DNA from: a virus | Taxonomy: Duplodnaviria; Caudoviricetes | Reading direction: 5' to 3' (one strand) | IMG/VR virus record: IMGVR_UViG_3300048998_000058 | Span: 1-45,668 of that record | DNA: 45,668 nt | Shown: one piece after another, positions 9,383 to 17,661 of the stretch | Layout: each line of letters opens with the position of its first letter | Numbering within the stretch: the stretch's first letter is position 1 | Notes under the pieces: generated by a model | What the model saw: the letters and a program-made list of their open reading frames with translations, nothing else | Told to the model about the DNA's origin: nothing | The model's database searches: none | Made by a program: the position numbers and the translations under genes

Positions 9383-9669
9383 AGCTCGACATACACGATC
9401 CGAAGTGCGAAGCCGCTGCGCGCGTCGCTCGCATTTACATCAACGGGGTTGAACGCATCAACCAGGTAATCCGGTGCGATGACCAGAAAGGTACTGCCAC
9501 CGTGTTCCTTACTAACCCCAATGGTTCGCGCATTCGTAAGGGCAACAGCTACGTCACCAGCAAGGTGTTCGGCGACGTCAGAATCGTACTGCCGGGCAAC
9601 GCACCACAGGGCCGGTACGACACCCGCCGCCACAACTACAAGCAAGCGCTACGCGCGCTGGAGAGCTGA
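9379..9669 (+). CDS. Hypothetical protein
   Basis: ATGA overlap, AAGGA RBS. Confidence 0.7.
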   Translation: MKLDIHDPKCEAAARVARIYINGVERINQVIRCDDQKGTATVFLTNPNGSRIRKGNSYVTSKVFGDVRIVLPGNAPQGRYDTRRHNYKQALRALES

Positions 9670-9670
9670 C

Positions 9671-10408
9671 ATGGGCTTCGCCAAACCGACATACTTCACT
9701 AGCTGGTCGTTCAGCCGCTGGGCCGACTGGGACAAGTGTCCGCTGTACGCCAAGTACAAGCACCTTGACAAGTTGCCCGAACCGAAGCACCCCGCCATGG
9801 CGCGCGGTATCGAGATCGCCGAGAAGACCGAAGCCTACATGAAAAAGCAGGCGTCGCGTCTGCCGAAGGAGCTTGCTTCGCTGGGTGACCATTACAAGGC
9901 GCTGCGCAAACACCCCGGCCTACAGGTCGAAGCGTCGTGGAACTTCGACACCGCCTGGAAGCCCGTGGCCTGGAACGACTGGAACCGTTGCGTGCTTCGC
10001 ATGAAGATCGATATGCACGCCGTCAATAAAGACCAGACTCGTATCGACATCATCGACAACAAGACCGGCAAGTTCACCACGTACGGCGTCGAGAAGTACG
10101 ACATGCAGGTCGACTTGTACATCGCGGGCGGCGGCATTATTTATCCGCAGGCGAAGGAGTTCACTGCACGGCTGTGGTTCAGCGACCAAGGCGTTATCTA
10201 TCCCGAAGGCGAGGCGCGTGTAGTTACTGCCGCCGAGTCGGGCAAGCTGCGCAAGGTGTGGGATCGCCGCGTAAAGCCGATGATGAACGACCGACGCTTC
10301 CCACCCAAGCCGGGCCGCCATTGCAACTACTGCGCCTTCAGCAAGAACGCCACGGTCGACGATGGCAAGGGCGGCAAGGTGGCAGCGCCCGGCCCGTGTA
10401 AGTTCTAG
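9671..10408 (+). CDS. Cas4-like / PD-(D/E)XK exonuclease
   Basis: WSFSR...KCP, RG..I, VE, KID, IIDNKTGK, Q..LY, HCNYCAF...C (Fe-S cysteines). Confidence 0.88.
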   Translation: MGFAKPTYFTSWSFSRWADWDKCPLYAKYKHLDKLPEPKHPAMARGIEIAEKTEAYMKKQASRLPKELASLGDHYKALRKHPGLQVEASWNFDTAWKPVAWNDWNRCVLRMKIDMHAVNKDQTRIDIIDNKTGKFTTYGVEKYDMQVDLYIAGGGIIYPQAKEFTARLWFSDQGVIYPEGEARVVTAAESGKLRKVWDRRVKPMMNDRRFPPKPGRHCNYCAFSKNATVDDGKGGKVAAPGPCKF

Positions 10409-10411
10409 GTC

Positions 10412-10816
10412 ATGGCAAAGCCGAGGAACGAAAAGGGTAAGGTCGAGAACCCTACCCGCGATTATATGAAGAACAAACACGGCGTGCGGTCGTTAAAGCT
10501 GGGCAGCATCTACGACCGTAGCTGGCCCGACCGTATGTTCTTCATACCCGGCGGACGACCGGTGCTTATCGAGTTCAAAGCCGAAGGCTACGAACCCACC
10601 CCCGCCCAAGCCGAAAAAATCGAAAATCTACGGAGCATAGGTTATGACGTCGCGTGGTTCGATAGCAAGAAAGATGCCATTCGGTATCTCGAAGCCCAAA
10701 TGGAAGCCGCGCATAATCCAGCGCAAGGGGATCAAGTGGCTGCTGGAGCACGCCGGCGCGGGCCTGCTGTTCGACCCCGGCGTAGGCAAGACGACGACGG
10801 TACTGGCAGCGATTAA
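10412..10816 (+). CDS. VRR-NUC domain nuclease
   Basis: E...WPDRMF...LIEFKA...PTPAQ...LRSIGY. Confidence 0.88.
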   Translation: MAKPRNEKGKVENPTRDYMKNKHGVRSLKLGSIYDRSWPDRMFFIPGGRPVLIEFKAEGYEPTPAQAEKIENLRSIGYDVAWFDSKKDAIRYLEAQMEAAHNPAQGDQVAAGARRRGPAVRPRRRQDDDGTGSD

Positions 10817-12119
10817 AATCCTAAACAACGAAGGCATGCTTGACCGCGTGCTTATCGTTGCACCGTTGCGCGTGGTGTACAGCGTATGGCCGGGTGAGAT
10901 CGAAAAGTGGGCCGACTTTAAAGACCTGACGTACGGCGTGCTGCACGGCAAGAATAAAGAGAAAGTGCTTGCCAGCGATGTGCAGATTCTGCTGATCAAC
11001 CCCGAGGGCTTGGCGTGGTTGTTCGCCCACAAGAAGTGGAAGACGTTCAAGTTCACGTCGCTGCTCGTGGTCGACGAAAGCACGAAGTTCAAAAACACCA
11101 GCACGCAACGGTTCAAACTGCTGCGACCGGTGTTGAAGTTTTTCGCGCGTCGCTGGATACTTACCGGTACGCCCGCCCCTAACGGTCTGCTCGACCTGTT
11201 CGGCCAGATTTTTATCGTCGACCTTGGCCGCTCGTTGGGCGAGTACATCACGCACTACCGCAACAAATTCTTCGACGGCATTGGTTTCGGCGGACATACC
11301 TGGGTGCTACGCGAAGGCAGCGACAAACTAATCACCAAAGCTATTAAGCCCTACGTGCTGCGCGCAGCGGCAGAGGACTTTATCGACATCCCAGACGTGC
11401 TCGAGGTCAACATTATGGTCGAGCTGCCGCCCAAGGCTCGCAAGGTGTACGACGACTTGGAGGAGGAATTGTTCTCGATGTTGTCGGACGGCACCAGCGT
11501 CAGTGCGATCAACAAGTCCGCCGTAACGGGTAAGTGCCGACAGATTTGCGGGGGCTCGTTGTATGTGAATGAGGAAGTAAAGTCGCTGGTCAAGTCCGAT
11601 CGGTACATCGAACTGCACGCCGAAAAGTTGGATGCCTGCGTTGACCTGTTAGAACAGCGACAAGGCAAGCCGTTGCTTATCGTGTACGAGTTCAAGCACG
11701 AGCTGGAGCGTCTTCAGAAGCGTTTGAAGGCTGAAGGCTATGGGGCTGTGCCCTACATCGGCGGCGGGGTTACCGCCAAGCGTGGCGACGAACTGGCGCG
11801 GCAGTGGAACGCGGGTGAACTGCCTGCACTGTTCGTGCACGGGGCCAGCGTTAGCCACGGGTTGAACTTGCAGGGCTGCGCTGAGGCCGATGGGATCTTC
11901 TGGTACACCACGACGTGGGATTACGAAGTGTATGACCAGTTGATTCGCCGCCTGCGCCGGCAAGGCAGTAAAGCCAAGCAGATTTTTGTGTACCGCTGCT
12001 TGGCAAGCGACACAGTTGACCTCGCGGTACTGCGATCGGTCAACGATAAGCGCAACACACAAGACACCTTGCTGTCGTCCCTACAGCGCTACCGCTCGAA
12101 ACGACTAGGAGTAAAGTGA
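10674..12119 (+). CDS. SNF2-family helicase
   Basis: DPGVGKT, VAPL, VVDEST, LTGTP, HGLNLQ, QLIRRLRRQG; start uncertain (overlaps VRR-NUC). Confidence 0.92.
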   Translation: MPFGISKPKWKPRIIQRKGIKWLLEHAGAGLLFDPGVGKTTTVLAAIKILNNEGMLDRVLIVAPLRVVYSVWPGEIEKWADFKDLTYGVLHGKNKEKVLASDVQILLINPEGLAWLFAHKKWKTFKFTSLLVVDESTKFKNTSTQRFKLLRPVLKFFARRWILTGTPAPNGLLDLFGQIFIVDLGRSLGEYITHYRNKFFDGIGFGGHTWVLREGSDKLITKAIKPYVLRAAAEDFIDIPDVLEVNIMVELPPKARKVYDDLEEELFSMLSDGTSVSAINKSAVTGKCRQICGGSLYVNEEVKSLVKSDRYIELHAEKLDACVDLLEQRQGKPLLIVYEFKHELERLQKRLKAEGYGAVPYIGGGVTAKRGDELARQWNAGELPALFVHGASVSHGLNLQGCAEADGIFWYTTTWDYEVYDQLIRRLRRQGSKAKQIFVYRCLASDTVDLAVLRSVNDKRNTQDTLLSSLQRYRSKRLGVK

Positions 12120-12922
12120 TGAAGATATACATCCCCACCAGCGGGCGGTTTACGCTGAAGGAACAGAAGACCCTGACCAGCATGCTCGATGCTTCGCCAG
12201 CCAATCGCCGCAACGTGCGCATGGTCGTGCAGCACAAGCAGGCGGGCCAGTATTTGCCGGTTGCCAAGCACTTCGGCGTAAAGCTCGCGGTGCTGCCGCC
12301 GTCGATCACCACTATCAGCCCCACGCGGCAATGGATCCTCGACAACGAAACCAAGCCATTCGCCATGGCGGACGACGATTTATTGTTCTTCGAACGGCGC
12401 ACCGACGACGACACGAAGTTCCTTAAAATCGACGGCGACCGTGTGTTTGACATGTTCGACGAACTCGCTTACCGCATGTCGACCGAGGCTATCGTGCACG
12501 GCGGTGTGCTGGCGCGCGAGGGTGGCAACCGCATCACAGGCGTGCAGAACGTGTACGCTCAGCGGATGATGCGCGTGCTCGCTTACGACCCCAAGGCCGT
12601 TCGCCGACTGGGTGCGCGCTTCGACCGCCTAAAGTTCAAGCAGGACTTCGACATGACCTTGCAGTTGCTTCGAGCCGGGGAGCAGAACCTGTTGCTGGCC
12701 GACTACGTGCAGGGCCAGTACAACGAAGGGTGCAGCAACGCGCCGGGCGGGTGCAGCGTCTACCGCAGCGAGGACGACAACCGCGAGGCCAGCGAGGGCT
12801 TGGCCCGTCTGCACCCCGGCTTTGTCAAGGTCGTCGAAAAGCACAGCAAGACTTCGTGGGGTGGCAAACCTCGCATCGACGTTTCGATCCAGTGGAAAAA
12901 GGCGTACGCCAGTGCCAATTGA
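12119..12922 (+). CDS. GT-A fold glycosyltransferase (TAGT/GREB1-like), predicted to modify DNA
   Basis: N-terminal IYIPTSGR, TRQWI, MADDDL (DxD), QDFDMTLQLL, PGGCS; adjacent to base-modification genes. Confidence 0.8.
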   Translation: MKIYIPTSGRFTLKEQKTLTSMLDASPANRRNVRMVVQHKQAGQYLPVAKHFGVKLAVLPPSITTISPTRQWILDNETKPFAMADDDLLFFERRTDDDTKFLKIDGDRVFDMFDELAYRMSTEAIVHGGVLAREGGNRITGVQNVYAQRMMRVLAYDPKAVRRLGARFDRLKFKQDFDMTLQLLRAGEQNLLLADYVQGQYNEGCSNAPGGCSVYRSEDDNREASEGLARLHPGFVKVVEKHSKTSWGGKPRIDVSIQWKKAYASAN

Positions 12923-13790
12923 CACCATCACTCCGCAGCGCATAGCTGAGTTCAGCGCGTTCGTTATCGAGCGTCATAATGTGTACAAGCGCAAAGCCGC
13001 TGGCAAACCCCAGGTAATGTGGACGGACGACCCCATCTTAGCGAAGTATCGGTTCTGCAATGTGTATCGCGAACTCGATACCGTTACCCAGTGGATAGCG
13101 ACCAACATGCGCGAACCCAACGCTGGCGACCCAGACTTGTGGTTCGCGATGACCGTTGCCCGTTGGATCAACTGGCCCGACACGCTGGCCGAGCTGGGCA
13201 ACCCATTGCCGTGGACACCGGCCAAGGCGCGCCGTTTGATCGAAGTGCTGAAGGCTCGTAAGGATCGCGGCGAAAAGGTTTGGACGGGCGCGTACATGAT
13301 CGGCACGCAAGGCAATGCGATGGACAAGCCGGTGTTTATTGTCGAAAAGGTTTTGCAGCCCGTGTGGGACGCACGTAAGCGACTGCGACCGGTCGACGGC
13401 GACACACTGGCCGGCTTCGCGCGTCGACTGGTCGAGGTAAAGAACCATGGTCGGTTCATGGTGGGGCAGGTGGTAGCAGACACCAAGTTTTCGCTGGCTG
13501 ACCACTTAGCCAAAGCACCCGACTGGTGGACGTGGGCGATTAGCGGCCCCGGCTCGCGACGCGGTTTGAATCGATTGGTTCAAAGACCGCTCGACGCTAC
13601 CTGGCCCGATCTGTTGTGGCTTCCCACGCTGCAAACACTGCACAAGGCCATCGCGCCGGCAGTTAAGGCGGCAGGCATGCCCAAACTGCACGCGCAGGAC
13701 GTTCAGAACTGCCTGTGCGAGTTCGACAAGTACGAGCGCGTACGGTTGGGCGAGGGTAAGCCGCGAAGCCTTTACACGCCCGCACGCTAA
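12912..13790 (+). CDS. 5-hmdU DNA kinase / aGPT-Pplase1 family protein
   Basis: ERH..Y..K, WTDDPILAKYRFCNVYRELD, GAY, FMVGQVVAD, GPGSRRGL, DVQNCLCEFDKY signatures; GTG start overlapping GT stop. Confidence 0.88.
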   Translation: MPIDTITPQRIAEFSAFVIERHNVYKRKAAGKPQVMWTDDPILAKYRFCNVYRELDTVTQWIATNMREPNAGDPDLWFAMTVARWINWPDTLAELGNPLPWTPAKARRLIEVLKARKDRGEKVWTGAYMIGTQGNAMDKPVFIVEKVLQPVWDARKRLRPVDGDTLAGFARRLVEVKNHGRFMVGQVVADTKFSLADHLAKAPDWWTWAISGPGSRRGLNRLVQRPLDATWPDLLWLPTLQTLHKAIAPAVKAAGMPKLHAQDVQNCLCEFDKYERVRLGEGKPRSLYTPAR

Positions 13791-13823
13791 GCGGATGTAA
13801 CTGTGCACGGGCGGTAGTACACT
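13788..13823 (+). promoter_or_regulatory. Putative phage promoter, copy 2 (ATGTAA-17-TACACT)
   Basis: 31/36 nt identical to 336-371. Confidence 0.6.
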
Positions 13824-13864
13824 AGCCGCCGTAAACCAAACCACTAAATTGAGGAGCGAACAAG

Positions 13865-14959
13865 ATGCACGTATTCGAAGTTGCCAATGTCAACGAAGCG
13901 TTGTCGCAAGCACTGACAGACTTATACGCGTCGGGTGTCGAAACCCCCAGCCGCAACGGCAGCGTTATCCGCTTCCCCGGCCCGGTCGCCATCGTGTACC
14001 GTCAGCCGCTGGAGCGCGTATTGTTCTCGCCAGTGCGCAACGCCCACCCGTTCTTCCACTTTTTCGAATCGTTGTGGATGCTGGCCGGTCGCAACGATGT
14101 TGCGTTCGTGTCCCAGTTCGTCAAACGCATGGCAACGTTCAGTGACGACGGCGAAACTTTCCACGGGGCTTATGGGTATCGCTGGCGTCACTGGTTTGCC
14201 GCAGACCAGATCAAACAGGTCGTGCAAGAACTGAAAGCTAACCCGACATCACGGCGGTGTGTGATAGCGATGTGGGCTGGCGAGGCGTGTATCGATAACG
14301 GTAACGATCTCGACACCGCGACGGCGGGCGGCAAAGACGTACCGTGCAACACGCATATCTATTTCGAAATTGCCGACGGCGCTTTGAACATGGCCGTGTG
14401 CAATCGTAGCAACGACTTGATCTGGGGTGCGTGCGGAGCCAACGCCGTGCATATGTCGTATCTGCAGGAGTACACCGCCAACACGCTGGGCGTGCCGGTC
14501 GGCAAGTACACTCAGTTCAGCAACAATATGCACGTCTACACCGACCAGTACCCCGCCGAAAGCTGGGCTGCGTTGATCGCAGACGTCGACGACCACGACA
14601 TGTACAAGTGGGCGCGCTACAAGCACGCACCGTTGATTTCAGACGCTGAGCGCGAAGCGGGCGACGGCGACCTGTTCGACCGCGACTTGCGAACCTTCTT
14701 CGATTACTGGGACAGGCTGAACAACGCGAGTTCAAGTTCTGCCACCGGGGTGCCGCCCTACCATAGCGAGTTCTTCCGCACAGTCGCCATACCGATGTGG
14801 AACGCGTGGTTGGGTCGCGACGGTTCAGCGGCGGACTGGTCGTATCGCATTGGTCGAATCGCCGCGCTCGACTGGCGCTTGGCCGTGGCCCAGTGGAACG
14901 GCAAGCGCCAGCTGGCGAAGATCGACAAGGCAAAGGCGAAGCTCGATGCAGCCGGCTGA
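13865..14959 (+). CDS. Thymidylate synthase-fold dUMP hydroxymethylase
   Basis: SRNG, E.LW.LAG, FSDDG..HGAYGYRW, SRR, catalytic DVPCN, RSNDLIWGACGAN (Asn as in dUMP-specific enzymes), NMHVY. Confidence 0.88.
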   Translation: MHVFEVANVNEALSQALTDLYASGVETPSRNGSVIRFPGPVAIVYRQPLERVLFSPVRNAHPFFHFFESLWMLAGRNDVAFVSQFVKRMATFSDDGETFHGAYGYRWRHWFAADQIKQVVQELKANPTSRRCVIAMWAGEACIDNGNDLDTATAGGKDVPCNTHIYFEIADGALNMAVCNRSNDLIWGACGANAVHMSYLQEYTANTLGVPVGKYTQFSNNMHVYTDQYPAESWAALIADVDDHDMYKWARYKHAPLISDAEREAGDGDLFDRDLRTFFDYWDRLNNASSSSATGVPPYHSEFFRTVAIPMWNAWLGRDGSAADWSYRIGRIAALDWRLAVAQWNGKRQLAKIDKAKAKLDAAG

Positions 14960-15512
14960 TCTGAACAAGCCGGCAGGCGATGCGGTGCAGCTGGTGCGCT
15001 TCGCCCGCGCCGGCAGCCGTGTGCAGCGCTACCACACGCACGGCACCAGCGTGCCCGACACCGTGGGTCAGCACAGCCACGGCGTAGCGATGATCGTGAT
15101 CGCTATCGTAGGTCGCCAGCGCGTTACCGGGCTGCTGCTCGAAGCGGCGCTGTGCCACGACTTGGCTGAGCACTTCCTCGGCGATATCCCCAGCCCCGCC
15201 AAGGGCGCGATGGATCGCCCCAAGTTGAACGCCATGGAGGACGACCTGTTGGCGAAGGTCGGTTTGAGCTTCGAGCTGACCCACAAGCAGCAGGCGGTTT
15301 TAAAGCTGGCCGACATACTCGACGGCATGTGGTTCTGTGCGGAGGAACGCTGCCGTGGCAATCGCATGTTGGACGAAGTGTTCGACGTGTACAAGACGTA
15401 CTACATCGCGAAGGCCGAAGTGTTCATGCTCGAATGGGGCAACGACGATGGGTGTGTTACTCGCGCAGACGAACTTTACCAAGCCGTATTACTACAGAAG
15501 GCACTGATATGA
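14946..15512 (+). CDS. HD-domain deoxynucleotide phosphohydrolase (YfbR/DatZ-like)
   Basis: RYH, VGQHS, LCHDLAE..LGDIPSPAK, LKLADILD. Confidence 0.88.
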   Translation: MQPADLNKPAGDAVQLVRFARAGSRVQRYHTHGTSVPDTVGQHSHGVAMIVIAIVGRQRVTGLLLEAALCHDLAEHFLGDIPSPAKGAMDRPKLNAMEDDLLAKVGLSFELTHKQQAVLKLADILDGMWFCAEERCRGNRMLDEVFDVYKTYYIAKAEVFMLEWGNDDGCVTRADELYQAVLLQKALI

Positions 15513-16303
15513 ACCCGAACGAAAAGCAGGTAGGCGGCGCGCACTACGCAGCAGCCGTGCAACACTGGGATTTTGTCGCAGCGGTGTTGCACGACCGATA
15601 CCTCGAAGGGTGCTGCACCAAGTACATCACCCGTTACAAAAAGAAGAACGGTTTGCAGGATCTCGAAAAGGCGCTGCACTACGCCGAGAAATTGTTGGCG
15701 CGCTTTAACGCCGGCACCGTGCAGCCGTTGTTCAATGGGTTCCGCTTCGACGACGCAGTTCGCCAGTTCGCAAAGGCGAACGAGTTGGATATAAACCAGT
15801 CTGCGTTAATTAACAAGTTGGCGCACTGGGCCGGGCCCAGCGATCTCGAATTTGTTATCAAGCACCTGGGTGCGCTTATGAAAGAGTTCAAGTCGCGAGC
15901 TGCGCCAGCCCCAGACTTCGCAGCAGTTCGTGAAGAAATGAACATTTGCATTCCGAACGAGATGGCACCGTTCGTACTGGGCATGGTGGCGCGGTACTAC
16001 GAAGCCAAGAAGCACTATGCCGGGGCGTGGGCGCAGGTGCCTGTTGACCGGTTGCGGCTTGGCCTTCGCCGCAACTTGATAAGCGGCAGCCATATAGACG
16101 TCTGTCTGTATGCGATGTTCCTGCGCTACCGCGATGTTGACATGGTGTTTGCCCGTGGCGAAAGCGACCCGCGTATATCGTTCAGCAACCGGCTGCTGAT
16201 GGACGTGCTCGACGGCGTGCCGATCATCACCAAGTCGGTGCCGGCCATCGTGACGGAGCTGGCTGGTGACGAGCCGACCGGGGCCTACATTAAACAAGGC
16301 TAG
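15509..16303 (+). CDS. DUF3310/SaV-like (T7 gp1.7-like nucleotide kinase) domain protein with extra C-terminal domain
   Basis: QVGGAHY, WDF, KYITRYKKKNGLQDLEKALHY. Confidence 0.8.
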   Translation: MNPNEKQVGGAHYAAAVQHWDFVAAVLHDRYLEGCCTKYITRYKKKNGLQDLEKALHYAEKLLARFNAGTVQPLFNGFRFDDAVRQFAKANELDINQSALINKLAHWAGPSDLEFVIKHLGALMKEFKSRAAPAPDFAAVREEMNICIPNEMAPFVLGMVARYYEAKKHYAGAWAQVPVDRLRLGLRRNLISGSHIDVCLYAMFLRYRDVDMVFARGESDPRISFSNRLLMDVLDGVPIITKSVPAIVTELAGDEPTGAYIKQG

Positions 16304-16327
16304 GTTGGCAAGCGATTTAATTTTGAG

Positions 16328-16373
16328 GCCGGTGTAAGAAAACTCTTGCACCGGCTAAGAATCCGAGTATTGT
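16328..16373 (+). promoter_or_regulatory. Sigma70-like promoter (TTGCAC-16-TATTGT) overlapped by a 12-bp inverted repeat
   Basis: GCCGGTGTAAGA-aaac-TCTTGCACCGGC (16328-16355); -35 at 16346, -10 at 16368. Confidence 0.55.
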
Positions 16374-16492
16374 GAGTCCTGTGGCCGAAAGGAGCGAACT
16401 TTCGGGCAGCGGCAAAGCACTACCAGCCCGCTCCCGTTGCCCGTTACCTCTCGTTAGCCGCTCACCCAACTAACGATATTGAGGAATTTACC

Positions 16493-16969
16493 ATGGCAAA
16501 GAACGACACCGCAGCGACCGCCGGCACCGACGACCTGACCAGCGGCACCAAGGTAAGCAAGGTTACCGGCAAGCCCGCCGCGAAGAAGACCACCGCTGTC
16601 GCCAAGACCGCCCCGACGAAAGCTGCGAAGTCGGCCCCGGTCGCCACCAAGGTCGCCAAGGGCGAAAAGGTCAAGGCCGACGCCAAGCCGAAAGCCGACA
16701 AGCCCAAGCAGGTCAAGGCCGATGCAGCCGCCCGCCGCGAGTCGTACGCCGGTCGCAAAATCACCGTGCTGGTAAAGCCGGGCGACGCTGGCTTCCGCGA
16801 AGGTTCGGGCCGTGCGGTTCGCTTCGAGCTGGTCGCCAAGGCCAAGAACACGGACGACGTGCTGGGTAAGGAAGCAACCGATTCCGCCGGCAACGTCAGC
16901 ACGATCAGCGGCGCGCATCTCGCCTTCTTCGCTGCGAACGAGTACATCTCGCTCAGCGACCAGAAGTAA
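16493..16969 (+). CDS. Lys/Ala-rich histone H1-like protein with small globular C-terminal domain
   Basis: GAGGA RBS; KPAAKK/TKAAKS repeats; own promoter and terminator. Confidence 0.75.
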   Translation: MAKNDTAATAGTDDLTSGTKVSKVTGKPAAKKTTAVAKTAPTKAAKSAPVATKVAKGEKVKADAKPKADKPKQVKADAAARRESYAGRKITVLVKPGDAGFREGSGRAVRFELVAKAKNTDDVLGKEATDSAGNVSTISGAHLAFFAANEYISLSDQK

Positions 16970-16988
16970 GCTACACTGCATTGAATCG

Positions 16989-17014
16989 AGGGCTGGGTAA
17001 CACCAGCCCTTTTT
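16989..17014 (+). terminator. Rho-independent terminator
   Basis: AGGGCTGG/CCAGCCCT stem plus T-tract. Confidence 0.8.
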
Positions 17015-17053
17015 AACCACCCAAGCGCACACATGCGCGTGCACAGGTACACT

Positions 17054-17626
17054 ATGAAAACCTTAGCTGCCCACCATTACAGCGTTAAATCCGTCCGCAC
17101 GTTCACCGGTCACGAAGGGCAGGGCTTCAGCGCTGTGCTGTACCGTGGCGACGTGCCTGTAGCCGACCTTATCGACGATGCCAACGGCGGCGAGCTGTCG
17201 ATTAACTGGCGCGACTACGCAGCGGCCCGCGTGCCGGGCACGTATCGCACGTACATGAACATGGAGCTGACTCGCATGATGACGAGCGAAGAGGCAATCT
17301 TGTGGCGGTCGCTGATGCTGTGCACCGAACCGTACACGCACGTCGAAAGCGAAGTCGACGGCATCGTCAAGCGTCACTACATGTATGAAGACGCCGAGTC
17401 GTTTTGTAACCGACTGGTCGATGTGACCATTGACACCAAGCGCTACAACCGACTGCTAAAGTCCAAGCCGGTCGTGCAGAAACCGGACGGCAGCGTCGCG
17501 CACTTTAAGGCCAAGGCGACGGAGGAAGTGTTTGCCCAGCTGCGCAAGCAGTTCCCCCAGTACAAGCTGCTGAACACTATGCTGGTGTGCGAAGCCCATG
17601 CCATTTTGCGGGCCGCTGGGGTTTAA
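17054..17626 (+). CDS. Hypothetical protein
   Basis: Long ORF, GHEG.GF.A.LY motif; start after AGGT. Confidence 0.75.
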   Translation: MKTLAAHHYSVKSVRTFTGHEGQGFSAVLYRGDVPVADLIDDANGGELSINWRDYAAARVPGTYRTYMNMELTRMMTSEEAILWRSLMLCTEPYTHVESEVDGIVKRHYMYEDAESFCNRLVDVTIDTKRYNRLLKSKPVVQKPDGSVAHFKAKATEEVFAQLRKQFPQYKLLNTMLVCEAHAILRAAGV

Positions 17627-17661
17627 GCTACCCTGCGACCTCGACGACAAGGGCGACACCT

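Noticed and set aside
9671-10408. Cas4-like gene as evidence of a CRISPR system
   Set aside because: No repeat-spacer array or other cas genes seen; normal phage replication exonuclease
13865-14959. dCMP hydroxymethylase plus glycosyltransferase (T4-like glucosyl-hmC)
   Set aside because: Specificity residue is Asn rather than Asp, and dCMP deaminase and a 5-hmdU kinase are present
14946-15512. DatZ-like HD plus MazG as a Z-genome (2-aminoadenine) pathway
   Set aside because: No PurZ/adenylosuccinate synthetase homologue; context points to hmU
17025-17053. TACACT as a fourth copy of the phage promoter
   Set aside because: Upstream hexamer does not match and the ATG follows immediately
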